A DNA stretch of 64,000 nucleotides from NCBI GenBank assembly GCA_965213625.1, contig CBDBZU010000004.1, positions 2,752,001 through 2,816,000 of the forward strand, given 5' to 3'. Shown piece by piece: positions 18,313 to 28,826 of the stretch. Every line of letters starts with the position of its first letter. Position 1 is the first letter of the stretch. The stretch comes from a bacterium. Its GTDB lineage: Bacteria > UBA8248. The notes beneath the pieces were generated by a model that was not told the DNA's origin, did not search any database, and saw only the letters and a program-made list of their open reading frames with translations. Position numbers and translations under genes: made by a program.

Positions 18313-18786
18313 ATGCCCGAATTCATCATCGCGCAGAGCGAAGAAAATTACCGGGAGGCTGCGGTGTTGCTGCGCGAGTATGAGGCCGATCTCGGAATCG
18401 ACCTGTGCTTTCAGGGGTTTCCCGAAGAACTCGAAAGTCTCGAACGCATGTATGGCCCGCCGGGCGGGCGATTTCTCTTGCTCCGCGTGGAGGAAGGGAC
18501 CGCCGGTTGCGTCGCCCTCGTGGATTCGGGCGGCAATACCTGCGAGATGAAGCGTCTCTACGTACGCCCCGCTTTCAGGGGACGGGGGCTGGGGAGAAGG
18601 TGTGCGGAGCAAATCGTCCTCGCGGCGCGGGAGATAGGTTACGCCTCGGTGCGTCTCCATACACTACCAGCCATGCGCGAGGCCATTGCCTTGTACCGCT
18701 CCATGGGATTCAGGGAAATCACCCCTTACGACGAAACTCCCGTGGAGGGTGTGGTGTTCATGGAGTTGGGATTGGGACCGAAATGA
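18313..18786 (+). CDS. GNAT family N-acetyltransferase
   Basis: CEMKRLYVRPAFRGRGLGR, AIALYRSMGF. Confidence 0.92.
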   Translation: MPEFIIAQSEENYREAAVLLREYEADLGIDLCFQGFPEELESLERMYGPPGGRFLLLRVEEGTAGCVALVDSGGNTCEMKRLYVRPAFRGRGLGRRCAEQIVLAAREIGYASVRLHTLPAMREAIALYRSMGFREITPYDETPVEGVVFMELGLGPK

Positions 18787-18804
18787 CAGGGTTATTCAGA
18801 GGTT

Positions 18805-18888
18805 GTAGGTCGGACATATATGTCCGACATATATGCGACTCGTGGGGTAGCTGCCGAAAAAGCAGGGAGGCATATATGCCTCCCCTAC
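18805..18888. repeat. Inverted pair of GTAG-type REP palindromes
   Basis: GTAG-GTCGGA-CATATATG-TCCGAC (18805-18828) and GGGAGG-CATATATG-CCTCCC-CTAC (18865-18888). Confidence 0.8.
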
Positions 18889-18981
18889 AATAGGCGTATT
18901 TCTCCTCTATCCGGTCAGGATCAATACAGTTATTACGGCGCATTCCGGATTCCAGAAATTTTGTCTAAGCCGGAATACCCG

Positions 18982-19392
18982 TTACGCCCCCAACGCTTTC
19001 TTGGCCCTGCGCTGGTCCTTGGGATTCACCCATAGGATGGCGCCGTAGCGCTTCCTGCCCGCGGCGATGGCCGTGATGGCGGTGATGTTGATGTCTGCTT
19101 CGGCGAGTTTGGTGAAAACCGGCACGAGCGCCCCGGTGCGGTCCGTGCCCTCGACGAGAAAGGCCTTTTTCCGGGGGCTGAGCTTGAGCTTCGCCTTTCG
19201 CGCGAAGGAGGTGAATGCCCGCGCGTCCTCGGGAACGAAATCGACCTGGACCCGCCTGCGCGAGGGGAAGGCGTGCATCGCCAGCAGGCTGACGCCCGCG
19301 TCCTTGAAAAGCTCGGCGAGGGCGGCGCCCTCTCCCGGCTTATTGGAAGCGGTGATGTAATAGTAAGTGACTTCCCGAACTGTCTCGGCCAT
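18982..19392 (-). CDS. ACT-domain-like protein
   Basis: NKPGEGAAL...AGVSL and DRTGALV...LAEADINI, a tandem ACT-like pattern. Confidence 0.7.
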   Translation of the reverse strand: MAETVREVTYYYITASNKPGEGAALAELFKDAGVSLLAMHAFPSRRRVQVDFVPEDARAFTSFARKAKLKLSPRKKAFLVEGTDRTGALVPVFTKLAEADINITAITAIAAGRKRYGAILWVNPKDQRRAKKALGA

Positions 19393-19630
19393 GGCTTGTC
19401 TCCTGGATTGAAGCGGCATTTCCGGGGCGGGAATATTTCCTAGTTGCGGCCCACGCCCGAAAGGCGCGGGTCAATGAAAATAATCATACAACATGAAGCG
19501 GGGTGAGGTAAACGGAGTGAATCCCGGCTGATGAGAGAGGGATGGGTGGGCCCAGAAAGGTGACAGTATCTGCTCTCTATTTTTGTGAAAGCGAGAACAC
19601 CCGACCATCATTCAAAGCGATTTTCATTTA

Positions 19631-19783
19631 CTCAGCTCACGCCTCCGAATGTTCGCGGGTTCTCTCGTCCACCGTCCGCCGGCGCATGGAAATTTGGTCG
19701 AAGCGAATCTCATGTGCTCAGTCCGCGCCTCCGAATGTTCACGAATTTTTTCGTCCACCGACCCGTCGGCGCATGCGCATTTG
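19631..19783. repeat. Imperfect direct repeat, 86-nt period
   Basis: CTCAG..CGCCTCCGAATGTTC..TCGTCCACCG..CGGCGCATG..ATTTG at 19631-19696 and 19717-19783. Confidence 0.8.
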
Positions 19784-19984
19784 CCCGCAATTGCCGCTGT
19801 CGGTTTTCGTCGGGATGGGTGAGAATCCCGCGCGCGAACGTGAGAGTTCTCCAGGATGAGCGTAGGGGAGAAAATGGAAAGAGCGGTTCAGATTCGGATC
19901 GGAACTGCAGCTACTTTTCAGCCAGGAGGTGCTTCCTCTCCACGGATGGGTGAGCCCAAATCGAGCCCGGGACGGGTCGTCAGG

Positions 19985-20045
19985 GAATTCCTGAAAAATA
20001 CGATAAATATAGATAAATTCACGGGGTTTTCCGGCAAATAAACGA
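19985..20045 (+). repeat. 61-nt AT-rich non-coding motif, copy A
   Basis: 50/61 ungapped identity to the reverse complement of 38282-38342; identical core TAGATAAATTCACGGGGTTTT. Confidence 0.8.
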
Positions 20046-20102
20046 AAATATAAACTGGTTGAATAAACCGTTGTAAGATACAGAAATAAAAAGGATTGTC
20101 GA

Positions 20103-21365
20103 TTATGCGGGCATCACCTTGGGATGCTCGAGCATCTCCTTGAGCGTGGCGAGGAACTCGGCCGCCGGCGCGCCGTCCACCACGCGGTGGTCGGCGTTGA
20201 TGCCGACGAAGGCCGTCGTCCGGGCCACGACCTCGCCGTTTCGCACGACGGCGCGCTCTCGCGCCGCACCCACCGAGAGAATGGCGGATTCGGGGTGGTT
20301 GATGATGGCGCTGAAATGGTCGACTCCGTAGGCGCCCAGATTCGAGACAGTGAAGGTGCCGCCCTCGAGCATATCAAGCCCCAGGGCGCCATTGCGGGCC
20401 GCTTCGGCCAGTGCTCGCGACTCGCGCGAGATGGCGTCGATGGATTTCTGGTCGGCGCCCCGGATGACGGGCACCATCAGGCCATGCTCGACGGCGACTG
20501 CCACGCCGATGTTCACGTCTTGCAATTGTTCCAGGGTGTTTTCAGTGAGGCGGACGTTCACGGCCGGGCATCGGCGCACGGCGCGGGCGGTGTAGAAGAG
20601 GATGAGATCGTTGATAGACACTTTGACACCGAGGTCGTTTTCCCACGCCTGGCGGCTGGCTTCGCGCACGGCAAGGAGGTTCGTGAGGTCCACCTCGGCC
20701 TGCATGGTGATGCGCGGCACCTGGGACCAACTCGAGAGCATGCGTTCGGCAATGATTTTGCGCATCCCGGCCAGGGGTGTTGAACCCGCCACGGCCGCAG
20801 GGCCGCTCGCAGCGGCGGCCGGTGCAGCGGGAAGGCCCGATGCCGCTGCCGCTCTTACGTCAGCCTGCACGATTCTCCCGCCTGGGCCTGAGCCTTTGAG
20901 TGCGCGGTAATCGATTCCGAGTTCGCGTGCCACGCGCCTGGCGGCCGGACTGGCGAAAATTCGGCCCGTGGGCGAAGTCTGTACCGGCGCGGGAACCGCG
21001 GGTGCAGGGGCAGGAGCCGGGGAGGGCGGAGGCGTCGGGGAAGCTTGCACAGCTTCGGGTGCAGCTTCTGGTTTTGCCTCCGCCGGGGGCCTGGGAGACG
21101 AGCTCCCAAAACTGCTGATGTCTTCTCCCGATTCGCCTATTACGGCGATGTCCGTGCCGCAGGGAACGACGTCGCCTTCTCCCGCCAGTGTTTTAAGCAG
21201 GAGGCCGCCGTCCGGCGATTCGACTTCGTATTCGACCTTGTCGGTCTGGATGTCGAGGATGATCTCACCCTTTTCGACCGTTTCACCCTCGCCCTTTCGC
21301 CATTTGAGGATGGTGCCTTCTTCCATGGTGAGGCCGAGTTTAGGCATCGGGAGAGGTGTGGCCAT
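20103..21365 (-). CDS. Dihydrolipoamide acetyltransferase (E2)
   Basis: Lipoyl domain TDKVEYEV, Pro/Ala linker, FASPAARR...GSGPGGRI, catalytic DHRVVDG. Confidence 0.95.
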   Translation of the reverse strand: MATPLPMPKLGLTMEEGTILKWRKGEGETVEKGEIILDIQTDKVEYEVESPDGGLLLKTLAGEGDVVPCGTDIAVIGESGEDISSFGSSSPRPPAEAKPEAAPEAVQASPTPPPSPAPAPAPAVPAPVQTSPTGRIFASPAARRVARELGIDYRALKGSGPGGRIVQADVRAAAASGLPAAPAAAASGPAAVAGSTPLAGMRKIIAERMLSSWSQVPRITMQAEVDLTNLLAVREASRQAWENDLGVKVSINDLILFYTARAVRRCPAVNVRLTENTLEQLQDVNIGVAVAVEHGLMVPVIRGADQKSIDAISRESRALAEAARNGALGLDMLEGGTFTVSNLGAYGVDHFSAIINHPESAILSVGAARERAVVRNGEVVARTTAFVGINADHRVVDGAPAAEFLATLKEMLEHPKVMPA

Positions 21366-21377
21366 GAATCTTTGCTC

Positions 21378-22382
21378 CTAATTATTGGATGAGTTCTGAA
21401 ATGAAACAGTTTCTAACATACCACGAACCCCGGCTATAACATCATCTTTGTCGGGAATGACATAGGATTCTAGTTTAGGCGAAAAGGGCACCGGTGTTTC
21501 CTTAGCGCAGACACGTTCAATGGGTGCGTCCAAGTAATCAAAAGCGTCTTTTGCTGCTATGGCTGCGATTTCTGCTCCCCAACCACAACGTTGCACCGCC
21601 TCATGGGTGATGAGGAGCCGGCCTGTTTTGCGTACAGAAGCGAGAATCGTCTCTGTGTCCAATGGGAAGAGCGTTCTGGGGTCGATGACCTCGCAGCTTA
21701 CTCCTTCTTTTGCAAGTTCCTCCGCCGCGACGAGCGATTTTCCGACCATGGAAGAGGTTGCAATAATCGTGAGGTCACTTCCCTCTCTTTTCACCTCCGC
21801 GACGCCTATGGGTATCACTTCTTCTTCCTCGGGAACGGCGCCTCTTTCCAGATATAGGAGTTTGTGTTCGATGAAAAATACCGGGTCATCATCCCTGATG
21901 GCAGCTTTCAAGAGGCCTTTTGCGTCACGCGAGTTGGAAGGCATTACCACCTTGAGGCCTGGCACGTGAACGAACCATGCCTCCAGGCTTTGCGCATGCT
22001 GCGCGGCGGAACTTCGTCCCGCACCGCCCTGGGTTCTGATGACGAGCGAGGTATTCGCTTTCCCACCAAACATGTAACGAACCTTGGCGACCTGGTTGAC
22101 GATTTGATCCATTGCAACAGCGGAAAAGTCGATATACATCAATTCCGCCACGGGGCGCATGCCTACGAGCGCCGCCCCAAGGGTCGCGCCGATGATACCT
22201 TGTTCGGAGATAGGTGTGTTTCTCACCCGGTCAGCGCCATATTTCTCAAAAAGTCCTACGGTCGTTTTGTATGAGCCGCCGAACTCTGCGATGTCCTCTC
22301 CGAGCAGAAAAACCGAGTCATCATTTGTCATTTCCTCATCCAGAGCCTCGATGATCGCTTCTCGGTATAAAATCTCGCGCAT
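21378..22382 (-). CDS. Acetoin/pyruvate dehydrogenase E1 beta subunit
   Basis: LLGEDI, NTPISE, AAQHAQSLEAW, DPVFFIEHK. Confidence 0.93.
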   Translation of the reverse strand: MREILYREAIIEALDEEMTNDDSVFLLGEDIAEFGGSYKTTVGLFEKYGADRVRNTPISEQGIIGATLGAALVGMRPVAELMYIDFSAVAMDQIVNQVAKVRYMFGGKANTSLVIRTQGGAGRSSAAQHAQSLEAWFVHVPGLKVVMPSNSRDAKGLLKAAIRDDDPVFFIEHKLLYLERGAVPEEEEVIPIGVAEVKREGSDLTIIATSSMVGKSLVAAEELAKEGVSCEVIDPRTLFPLDTETILASVRKTGRLLITHEAVQRCGWGAEIAAIAAKDAFDYLDAPIERVCAKETPVPFSPKLESYVIPDKDDVIAGVRGMLETVSFQNSSNN

Positions 22383-22393
22383 TTACCTTTCCC

Positions 22394-23365
22394 CTAATCG
22401 ACCGCGTAGATGTCGGTCATAGCGTCATCAAGTTCGGGTTCCGGGCTTTTCCGGGCGAATTCGATGGCTTCTTCCATCTCTTTGTTCACGTTCGCATAGA
22501 TGGCTTCGATACTTTTTTTGCTCAGCCATTTTTTCTGCTTGAGTGTTTCGGCAAATGCAATGAGCGGATCACGCTTGAGCCACTTGCCTACCTCTTTGTC
22601 GTGTCCGTAAGCAGTACCGGGGTCGCCTACGTAATGGCCCAAAAAGCGCATTGTTTTCGCTTCAATCAATGTGGGCCCTCGCCCTTTGCGCGCGCGCGCA
22701 ATCGCTTCGCCGGCCACTTCGTATACGGCTTGAGGGTCCATACCATCGACAACGATACCGGGCATACCGTAAGCCTTTGCTCGATCCGCAATGTCCTGAA
22801 CCGCCTGGTGGGTGGCGCGAGGCGTACTTTCGGCAAATCCGTTGTTCTCGCACACAAATACGGCAGGTAGCTTCCAGGTGGCTGCGATGTTGATACCCTC
22901 ATGGAAAGCACCCTCATTGCTGGCCCCGTCGCCAAAAAAACTGACGGCGACATGTTTTTCACCCTTCAACTGAAGTCCCAAAGCGGCGCCGGCGGCGATT
23001 GGGATACCCCCGCCTACGATGCCATTCGCCCCCAGAGCGCCCAAGTCCTGATCGGCGATGTGCATGGAGCCCCCTTTACCTTTGCAATAGCCAGTCGCAC
23101 GCGCGTACAACTCGGCGAACATACCATTGTAGTGGAGCCCCTTAGCGATCATGTGTCCATGGCCGCGGTGAGTTGATGTGATTTGGTCTTTCGGGGTTAA
23201 GTGAGCGCAAACACCGGAGGCGACGGCTTCTTCGCCGATGTAGGCGTGGAGAAAACCAGGCAGTTCCCCCGCTTGGAATAGCTCAATGGAACGCTCTTCG
23301 AACCTTCGAATGCGGATCATCGTTTCGTATATCCACATGGCTTTGGCCTTTGTCAATCGAATCAT
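22394..23365 (-). CDS. Acetoin/pyruvate dehydrogenase E1 alpha subunit
   Basis: GFLHAYIGEEA, STHRGHGH, GKGGSMH, TPP motif GDGA...ENN. Confidence 0.93.
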   Translation of the reverse strand: MIRLTKAKAMWIYETMIRIRRFEERSIELFQAGELPGFLHAYIGEEAVASGVCAHLTPKDQITSTHRGHGHMIAKGLHYNGMFAELYARATGYCKGKGGSMHIADQDLGALGANGIVGGGIPIAAGAALGLQLKGEKHVAVSFFGDGASNEGAFHEGINIAATWKLPAVFVCENNGFAESTPRATHQAVQDIADRAKAYGMPGIVVDGMDPQAVYEVAGEAIARARKGRGPTLIEAKTMRFLGHYVGDPGTAYGHDKEVGKWLKRDPLIAFAETLKQKKWLSKKSIEAIYANVNKEMEEAIEFARKSPEPELDDAMTDIYAVD

Positions 23366-23628
23366 GGATTTGCCTCTTCACGGATGACTAAGTCTCAACC
23401 AGGGGGCGACTCAATCTTTGGGCAAGGATTCCCTCGGTGTTCCTTCGAGATAAACGCAAAGCTAATTCACTGTTCGTTTTATTTTTAAGACATTTCATCC
23501 GTTTAATTCGGCAGAATTTAACATGCCCCATTTCTTCGGGCAAGAATTAGCCGTGTATTACAATGAAGTATTTACACTTGCGCTTTGCTTTAAGGGCGAT
23601 TAAAGTATTGTAGATTTTGACTGTTGAG

Positions 23629-23660
23629 TAAGTGGGTCAATTGATGGCCCATTTTTTTAT
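23629..23660 (+). promoter_or_regulatory. rimP leader hairpin
   Basis: AAGTGGGTCA-ATTGA-TGGCCCATTTTTTT just upstream of rimP, resembling the conserved GTGGG...CCCA leader. Confidence 0.6.
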
Positions 23661-23680
23661 TCACACTCAGAATTGAGTTT

Positions 23681-24178
23681 ATGGTGAAAATTGATGTTGA
23701 TAATCAAATCTGGACCATTACCCAAAACGTAGTTTCTGAACTTGGGCTTGAATTGGTTGATATTGAACTGACCGGTAACCGTAGCCGGCAGATAATACGT
23801 GTATATATTGAGAAACCAGGAGGTATTCTTCTCTCTGATTGTGCAGTTGTCAGCCGAAAGCTTGGGGAACATCTCGATGAGGAAGACGTCATTGAAAATT
23901 CTTATCGTCTTGAAGTATCAAGCCCTGGCATTGAAAGGCCACTACGAAAAATCCAGGATTATGAACGTTATGTCGGTCATCGGGTGCGGATACGACTTAA
24001 AGGAAGGCAGAAGGGGAAGAGAAAAATTGTAGGTCAGTTGGTTGAGGTTGAGGAAAATATAGTCCATTTACTTTTCAAGAGTGGGGAGAAGGTATCATTT
24101 CCCCTGGAAGATGTTGCAAAAGCGAATTTGGATGTGGATTGGGGTAAGGAATTTCAAAGTTTCAGGAGCTCAAGATAG
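23681..24178 (+). CDS. rimP: Ribosome maturation factor RimP
   Basis: LELVDIE, RVYIEKPGGI, YRLEVSSPGIERPL; position upstream of nusA. Confidence 0.95.
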   Translation: MVKIDVDNQIWTITQNVVSELGLELVDIELTGNRSRQIIRVYIEKPGGILLSDCAVVSRKLGEHLDEEDVIENSYRLEVSSPGIERPLRKIQDYERYVGHRVRIRLKGRQKGKRKIVGQLVEVEENIVHLLFKSGEKVSFPLEDVAKANLDVDWGKEFQSFRSSR

Positions 24179-24211
24179 AGTCAACTCAATCCATCTTAGA
24201 GGAGTAGTTTT

Positions 24212-25564
24212 GTGAGTCAAGAATTGATTGCTGTCCTGACACAATTGGAACGTGAGCGGGGAGTCTCAAAAGATGTGCTACTCGACACACTAAAAGTCGC
24301 GATGGCGTCAGCTGCGAAGAAGCAATACGGTTTGGGCAAAAATGTGGATGTATCTTTCGATGAGCAAACCGGAGAAATTGACGTCAAAGCGGCGAAAGAA
24401 GTCGTCAGGATTATTCAAAACCCCCAGAGTGAGATTCATTTAGATGAAGCACGCAAGGAAAATCCGGAAATTCAAGTAGGGGATTTTCTTTCACAAGGTG
24501 TCGAAACCGAGGGTTTGGGCAGAATAGCCGCACAAATTGCAAAACAAGTGATATTGCAGCGAGTAAGAGAGGCAGAACGGGCGAATATTTTCCAGGAATT
24601 CAAAGAACGTGAAGGCGATTTGATCACCGGGTCTGTCTCCCAAGTTGAGCGCGGGAATATCTATGTAGATATTGGGCGAACAGAGGCGATCCTCCCTCGT
24701 CGGGAACAAATATTCAGAGAGGTTTATAAGCGTGGAGATCGCATCCGCGCCTATATAATGGAAGTACGCGAAATAACGAAAGGTCCTCAAATTGTTCTCA
24801 GTAGGACACACCCTGGATTATTGATTCGTCTGTTTGAAATGGAAGTGCCAGAAATCTATGACGGCATCGTGGCTATAAAAGGTTGTGTCCGAGAGCCAAG
24901 CGGAAGATCCAAAGTATCTGTTGTAAGTCATGAGCGAGATATAGATCCCGTTGGTGCATGCGTAGGGACACGGGGAAGCCGCGTGCAATCGATCGTTCAA
25001 GAACTCAGAGGGGAGAAGATCGATATAATTTCCTGGAGTGACGACATACGCACTTATGCGGCAAATGCACTCAGTCCTGCGAAAATACAGCACATTACTT
25101 TATTTGAAGATGAAGGTCGTATGGAGGTGTTGGTACCTGACGATCAGCTCTCTCTGGCAATTGGGAAAGGCGGTCAAAATGTTCGCTTAGCGGCAAAACT
25201 CTTGGGCTGGAAAATTGATCTGAAAGGTGAGGGCGAGTATCGGCGCATTATCGCCGAACAGGCATTTTCGAGCGATGAGCGTGAAGAGAACGGTGTTGGT
25301 AGTGAAGATAAGCAAGACGAGAGCAACCAGACAACAGAAACTGATGTAGACTCTTCCAGTGAATTGATAGAACTAGAACTGGTCGGTGAGAAAATGGCGC
25401 GGCTCCTAGCCGACAACGGTTATACTACAATTACCGCGATTGGTGCGGCATCGACGGATGAATTATGTGAGGTTCCAGGGATTGGGCCGAAGAGGGCCAC
25501 GTTGCTGATTGAAACTGCTCGAACTCATGAAAAATCCGCTGGCTCGGAGTCCAATGAGGACTGA
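24212..25564 (+). CDS. nusA: Transcription termination factor NusA
   Basis: GRIAAQIAKQVI, LSRTHP, DPVGACVG, LSLAIGKGGQNVRLAAKL. Confidence 0.97.
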   Translation: MSQELIAVLTQLERERGVSKDVLLDTLKVAMASAAKKQYGLGKNVDVSFDEQTGEIDVKAAKEVVRIIQNPQSEIHLDEARKENPEIQVGDFLSQGVETEGLGRIAAQIAKQVILQRVREAERANIFQEFKEREGDLITGSVSQVERGNIYVDIGRTEAILPRREQIFREVYKRGDRIRAYIMEVREITKGPQIVLSRTHPGLLIRLFEMEVPEIYDGIVAIKGCVREPSGRSKVSVVSHERDIDPVGACVGTRGSRVQSIVQELRGEKIDIISWSDDIRTYAANALSPAKIQHITLFEDEGRMEVLVPDDQLSLAIGKGGQNVRLAAKLLGWKIDLKGEGEYRRIIAEQAFSSDEREENGVGSEDKQDESNQTTETDVDSSSELIELELVGEKMARLLADNGYTTITAIGAASTDELCEVPGIGPKRATLLIETARTHEKSAGSESNED

Positions 25565-25579
25565 TGAAGGGATGAATGT

Positions 25580-26143
25580 TTGCCAGATAGATCATGTATA
25601 GCTTGTCGGAACAAAGGAAATGCAAACATTTTTTTTAGAATGGTTATCGCCCCAGTTGGAGGTATCATTTGTGAACTTGGAAGAAAATTGCCGGGAAGAG
25701 GGGCGCATTGTTGTATTGACATGAATTGCATTTCAAAGCTTGTCTCGTCGGATCGCTTGGAAATTGCACTGAAAAGCAGGAATTTCAGGATCGATTCAGA
25801 CGAATTGGTTCAAAATGTGACAATGCTTCTTAGGCGAAATATCGAGGGGATGTTGATTGCTTCCAAAAGAAAAGGCGTACTCACTATTGGGAGAGACGCG
25901 GTTTTCAAAAAGATTAAGTTCTCGAAAATAGGAAAACCGTTTGTTTCCAAAGATATATCAAGAAATAGTTTGATGAACTTGAAACGCATGTCGGAAGAAC
26001 TTTATATTCTGCCTTTTACGATGAATGAACTTGGCGAATTTTTCAGTCGAAAACCGTTTGGCGTGTTATTTATCGATGAACCACTGCTTGTGGATAGTAT
26101 TTGCTTACGTTTGGTGCAGGAAAGGGCAATCTGCAGCAATTGA
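25580..26143 (+). CDS. YlxR (DUF448) fused to an L7Ae/YlxQ-like domain
   Basis: PDRSCIACR...GRGAHCC...C N-terminus; ASKRKGVLTIGRDAV...SKDIS...ELGEFF C-terminus; lies between nusA and infB. Confidence 0.75.
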   Translation: MPDRSCIACRNKGNANIFFRMVIAPVGGIICELGRKLPGRGAHCCIDMNCISKLVSSDRLEIALKSRNFRIDSDELVQNVTMLLRRNIEGMLIASKRKGVLTIGRDAVFKKIKFSKIGKPFVSKDISRNSLMNLKRMSEELYILPFTMNELGEFFSRKPFGVLFIDEPLLVDSICLRLVQERAICSN

Positions 26144-26222
26144 AGCAAGACAAGTATCGGGATTCACTAAAAAATAACTGTTGATTTGATAATGGATTCA
26201 AATAATCTGCAGTGGAGGTTTT

Positions 26223-28481
26223 ATGGCGAGCGTACGCGTATACCAACTGGCTAAAAATCTTGGATATGACAGCCGGACTTTTGTTGAAGAATTAGCCAGG
26301 GAAGGAATCGTAGTTAAAAGCCATATGAGCACTGTGGATGATGAAACTGCGGAACTGGTAATGGCTCTTTTTTCTCAAGATTCAGCACAAGAGAAGGAAG
26401 TGGCTCAAGAAAGCAAGGCTGAAAAAAAGATTTCACCGAAAACGAAAGTTGATAAACCCCAAGAACCAAGTGAGCCTGCCTCGGTAGATGTGGAATCCAA
26501 AGAAGAATCAACTGTCTCTCCTACCACTCAAGAAGCTGTTGTTCAAACAAAAGTCAAACCAGAAAAAGCCGCTGTTGACGAAAAGCTAATCGCGGAAACT
26601 ATCGAGACTAGTGCAGAAGAACAAACAGTTTTAGACCCCAAAACTCCGTTGCCTGAAGACAAAGTCCTTGCATCAACGCCAAGCCCGAAAGTTGTTCGGG
26701 ATGACAGCAGAGAAAAACCTACTCGTCGGCATGGAGGGCGCGTACGTATTGCAGAGACGATTACGGTGAAAGAACTTGCTGAAAAAATTAACGTAAAGGC
26801 GACGGAAGTTATCAAGGAGTTGATGAAAAAGGGCCAGATGACGACTATCAATCAAATGATAGATCATAATACGGCTACAAATATATCTGAAACCTTCGGC
26901 TATGAAGTTGAAATATCCAAAGACAACATTGAAGATCTGCTGATTCAGGAAGAGGATAGGGTAGAAGATCTTCAGCCCAGATCTCCTGTCATAACGATTA
27001 TGGGTCATGTTGATCATGGGAAAACGAGACTTCTCGATGCAATCCGCAAAGCCAATGTGATGGAAGGCGAAGCAGGTGGAATCACGCAACATATTGGCGC
27101 CTATCGAGTCACTACGGATAAAGGGACAGCTGTCTTCTTGGATACCCCTGGACACGAAGCCTTTACAGCAATGAGGGCGCGGGGGGCGCAAGTGACAGAT
27201 TTAGCCATCATCGTAGTTGCTGCGAATGAAGGCGTCATGCCCCAGACTCGAGAGGCGATTGATCATGCAAAAGCCGCTGGAGTCCCGATTATGGTGGCGA
27301 TGAATAAAATGGACTTGGCAGACGCTAACCCCGACAGAGTAAAACAGCAACTTTCGACATTGGACTTAATCCCAGAAGATTGGGGTGGAGACACGGTTTA
27401 TTCAGAAATTTCCGCAAAAGAGAATATCGGAATTGATGATCTTTTAGACCTCGCCATTCTGCAGGCCGAACTCATGGAATTGAAGGCCAACCCGAGCCGT
27501 CTCGCTAATGGTGTTGTCGTGGAAGCAAAACTGGACAGGGGACGTGGTCCGGTAGCTACTGTTTTGGTTCAACGAGGCACATTGAATGTGAGTGATAACT
27601 TCGTGGCCGGTAAATGGAATGGCAAAGTTCGCGCATTATTGGATGACCAAGGGCGGAAGTTGAAGTTAGCAGGGCCCTCTACTCCAGTAGAAATTTTGGG
27701 ATTCGCCGGTGTACCTGAGGCTGGTGATACATTTACGGTTTTAGCAGATGAGAAAATGACGAGAGAGATAAGCGCAAGACGTCAACAACGTGAACGTATG
27801 GCGGCGCTTATGGCTTCTGCTCGTGTTTCTTTGGAAAGTTTCATGGAAAGCGTAGAAGAAGGCCAGGTGAAAGAACTGAGTTTAATCTTAAAAGCGGATG
27901 TGCAGGGTAGCATAGAAGCTTTGAAAGAATCCTTGGGGAAACTGGGGAATGAGGAAGTAGGTGTTAAGGTCCTACATAGCGCGGTGGGTGGGATTACAGA
28001 AACCGACGTGATGCTTGCAGCTGCCTCGGCAGCCGTGATCGTAGGTTTTAACGTTCGTCCGACGCCAGGAGCCAGAGAAGTCGCGAAGCATGAAAAAGTA
28101 GACATTCGATTATATTCGGTTATCTATGACGCTATCGATGAAATAAAATCGGCTCTTGAGGGAATACTCGAACCCGTGAAGAGAGAAGTAGTTCGTGGAC
28201 ACGCGGAAATCCGGGAGTTATTCCATGTTCCCAATGTGGGTAACATAGCGGGTTGTTATGTCACCGATGGAAACATCAACAGAAATTCGAACGTGCGCCT
28301 CATCCGGGATAATGTGGTCATTTATACGGGCACTATTTCGTCTTTGAGGCGATTCAAGGATGATGTGAACGAGGTTCAATCTGGTTATGAGTGTGGAATC
28401 GGAATTGAGAATTATAATGACATCAAGCAAGGCGATATCATAGAACCGTATGTTACGGAAGAAGTTTCGCGGACGCTTTAG
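26223..28481 (+). CDS. infB: Translation initiation factor IF-2
   Basis: [37 protein letters not shown]. Confidence 0.98.
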   Translation: MASVRVYQLAKNLGYDSRTFVEELAREGIVVKSHMSTVDDETAELVMALFSQDSAQEKEVAQESKAEKKISPKTKVDKPQEPSEPASVDVESKEESTVSPTTQEAVVQTKVKPEKAAVDEKLIAETIETSAEEQTVLDPKTPLPEDKVLASTPSPKVVRDDSREKPTRRHGGRVRIAETITVKELAEKINVKATEVIKELMKKGQMTTINQMIDHNTATNISETFGYEVEISKDNIEDLLIQEEDRVEDLQPRSPVITIMGHVDHGKTRLLDAIRKANVMEGEAGGITQHIGAYRVTTDKGTAVFLDTPGHEAFTAMRARGAQVTDLAIIVVAANEGVMPQTREAIDHAKAAGVPIMVAMNKMDLADANPDRVKQQLSTLDLIPEDWGGDTVYSEISAKENIGIDDLLDLAILQAELMELKANPSRLANGVVVEAKLDRGRGPVATVLVQRGTLNVSDNFVAGKWNGKVRALLDDQGRKLKLAGPSTPVEILGFAGVPEAGDTFTVLADEKMTREISARRQQRERMAALMASARVSLESFMESVEEGQVKELSLILKADVQGSIEALKESLGKLGNEEVGVKVLHSAVGGITETDVMLAAASAAVIVGFNVRPTPGAREVAKHEKVDIRLYSVIYDAIDEIKSALEGILEPVKREVVRGHAEIRELFHVPNVGNIAGCYVTDGNINRNSNVRLIRDNVVIYTGTISSLRRFKDDVNEVQSGYECGIGIENYNDIKQGDIIEPYVTEEVSRTL

Positions 28482-28517
28482 CTTGATTTGTATCACCTAT
28501 TTTGAACTCACCACTCC

Positions 28518-28802
28518 ATGCCTGTCGTAGGTCTATTGAATATCGATATTCAGATTCCTGAATGCCGTTCGCTCAAGGCGAAGCGTAAGATAGTTCAGTC
28601 AATCACAACACGCCTGCGTCAAAAGTTTAATGTGTCTGTCGCTGAAGTCGATTTCCAAGATAAGTGGCAAAGATGTCGTATCGGCGTATGTGTCGTAAGC
28701 AATGACAGTCGGTTTGTAGATAGCCAGCTTAGAAAAGTGCTGAATTACCTTGAGGGAATGGGTTTGATGATTGTCCTGGATTTTGATATCGAGATTTTAT
28801 GA
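28518..28802 (+). CDS. DUF503 (YlxP) family protein
   Basis: SLKAKRKIV...KFNVSVAEVDFQDKWQ; position after infB. Confidence 0.92.
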   Translation: MPVVGLLNIDIQIPECRSLKAKRKIVQSITTRLRQKFNVSVAEVDFQDKWQRCRIGVCVVSNDSRFVDSQLRKVLNYLEGMGLMIVLDFDIEIL

Positions 28803-28826
28803 AATTTATGGAGAGAGATTTATAGC

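Noticed and set aside
19631-19783. Possible CRISPR array
   Set aside because: Only two long, diverged units; no constant repeat with unique spacers and no cas genes.
23366-23680. oriC or dif site in the AT-rich divergent gap
   Set aside because: Only one DnaA-box match (TTATTCACA, 23657-23665) and only a partial XerD-arm match (ATTTAACAT near 23516) with no XerC arm; insufficient.
25560-25572. Fifth copy of the GACTGARRAAGGA loop at the nusA stop (GACTGATGAAGGG)
   Set aside because: Two mismatches, no complementary flanks, and explained by the stop codon context.
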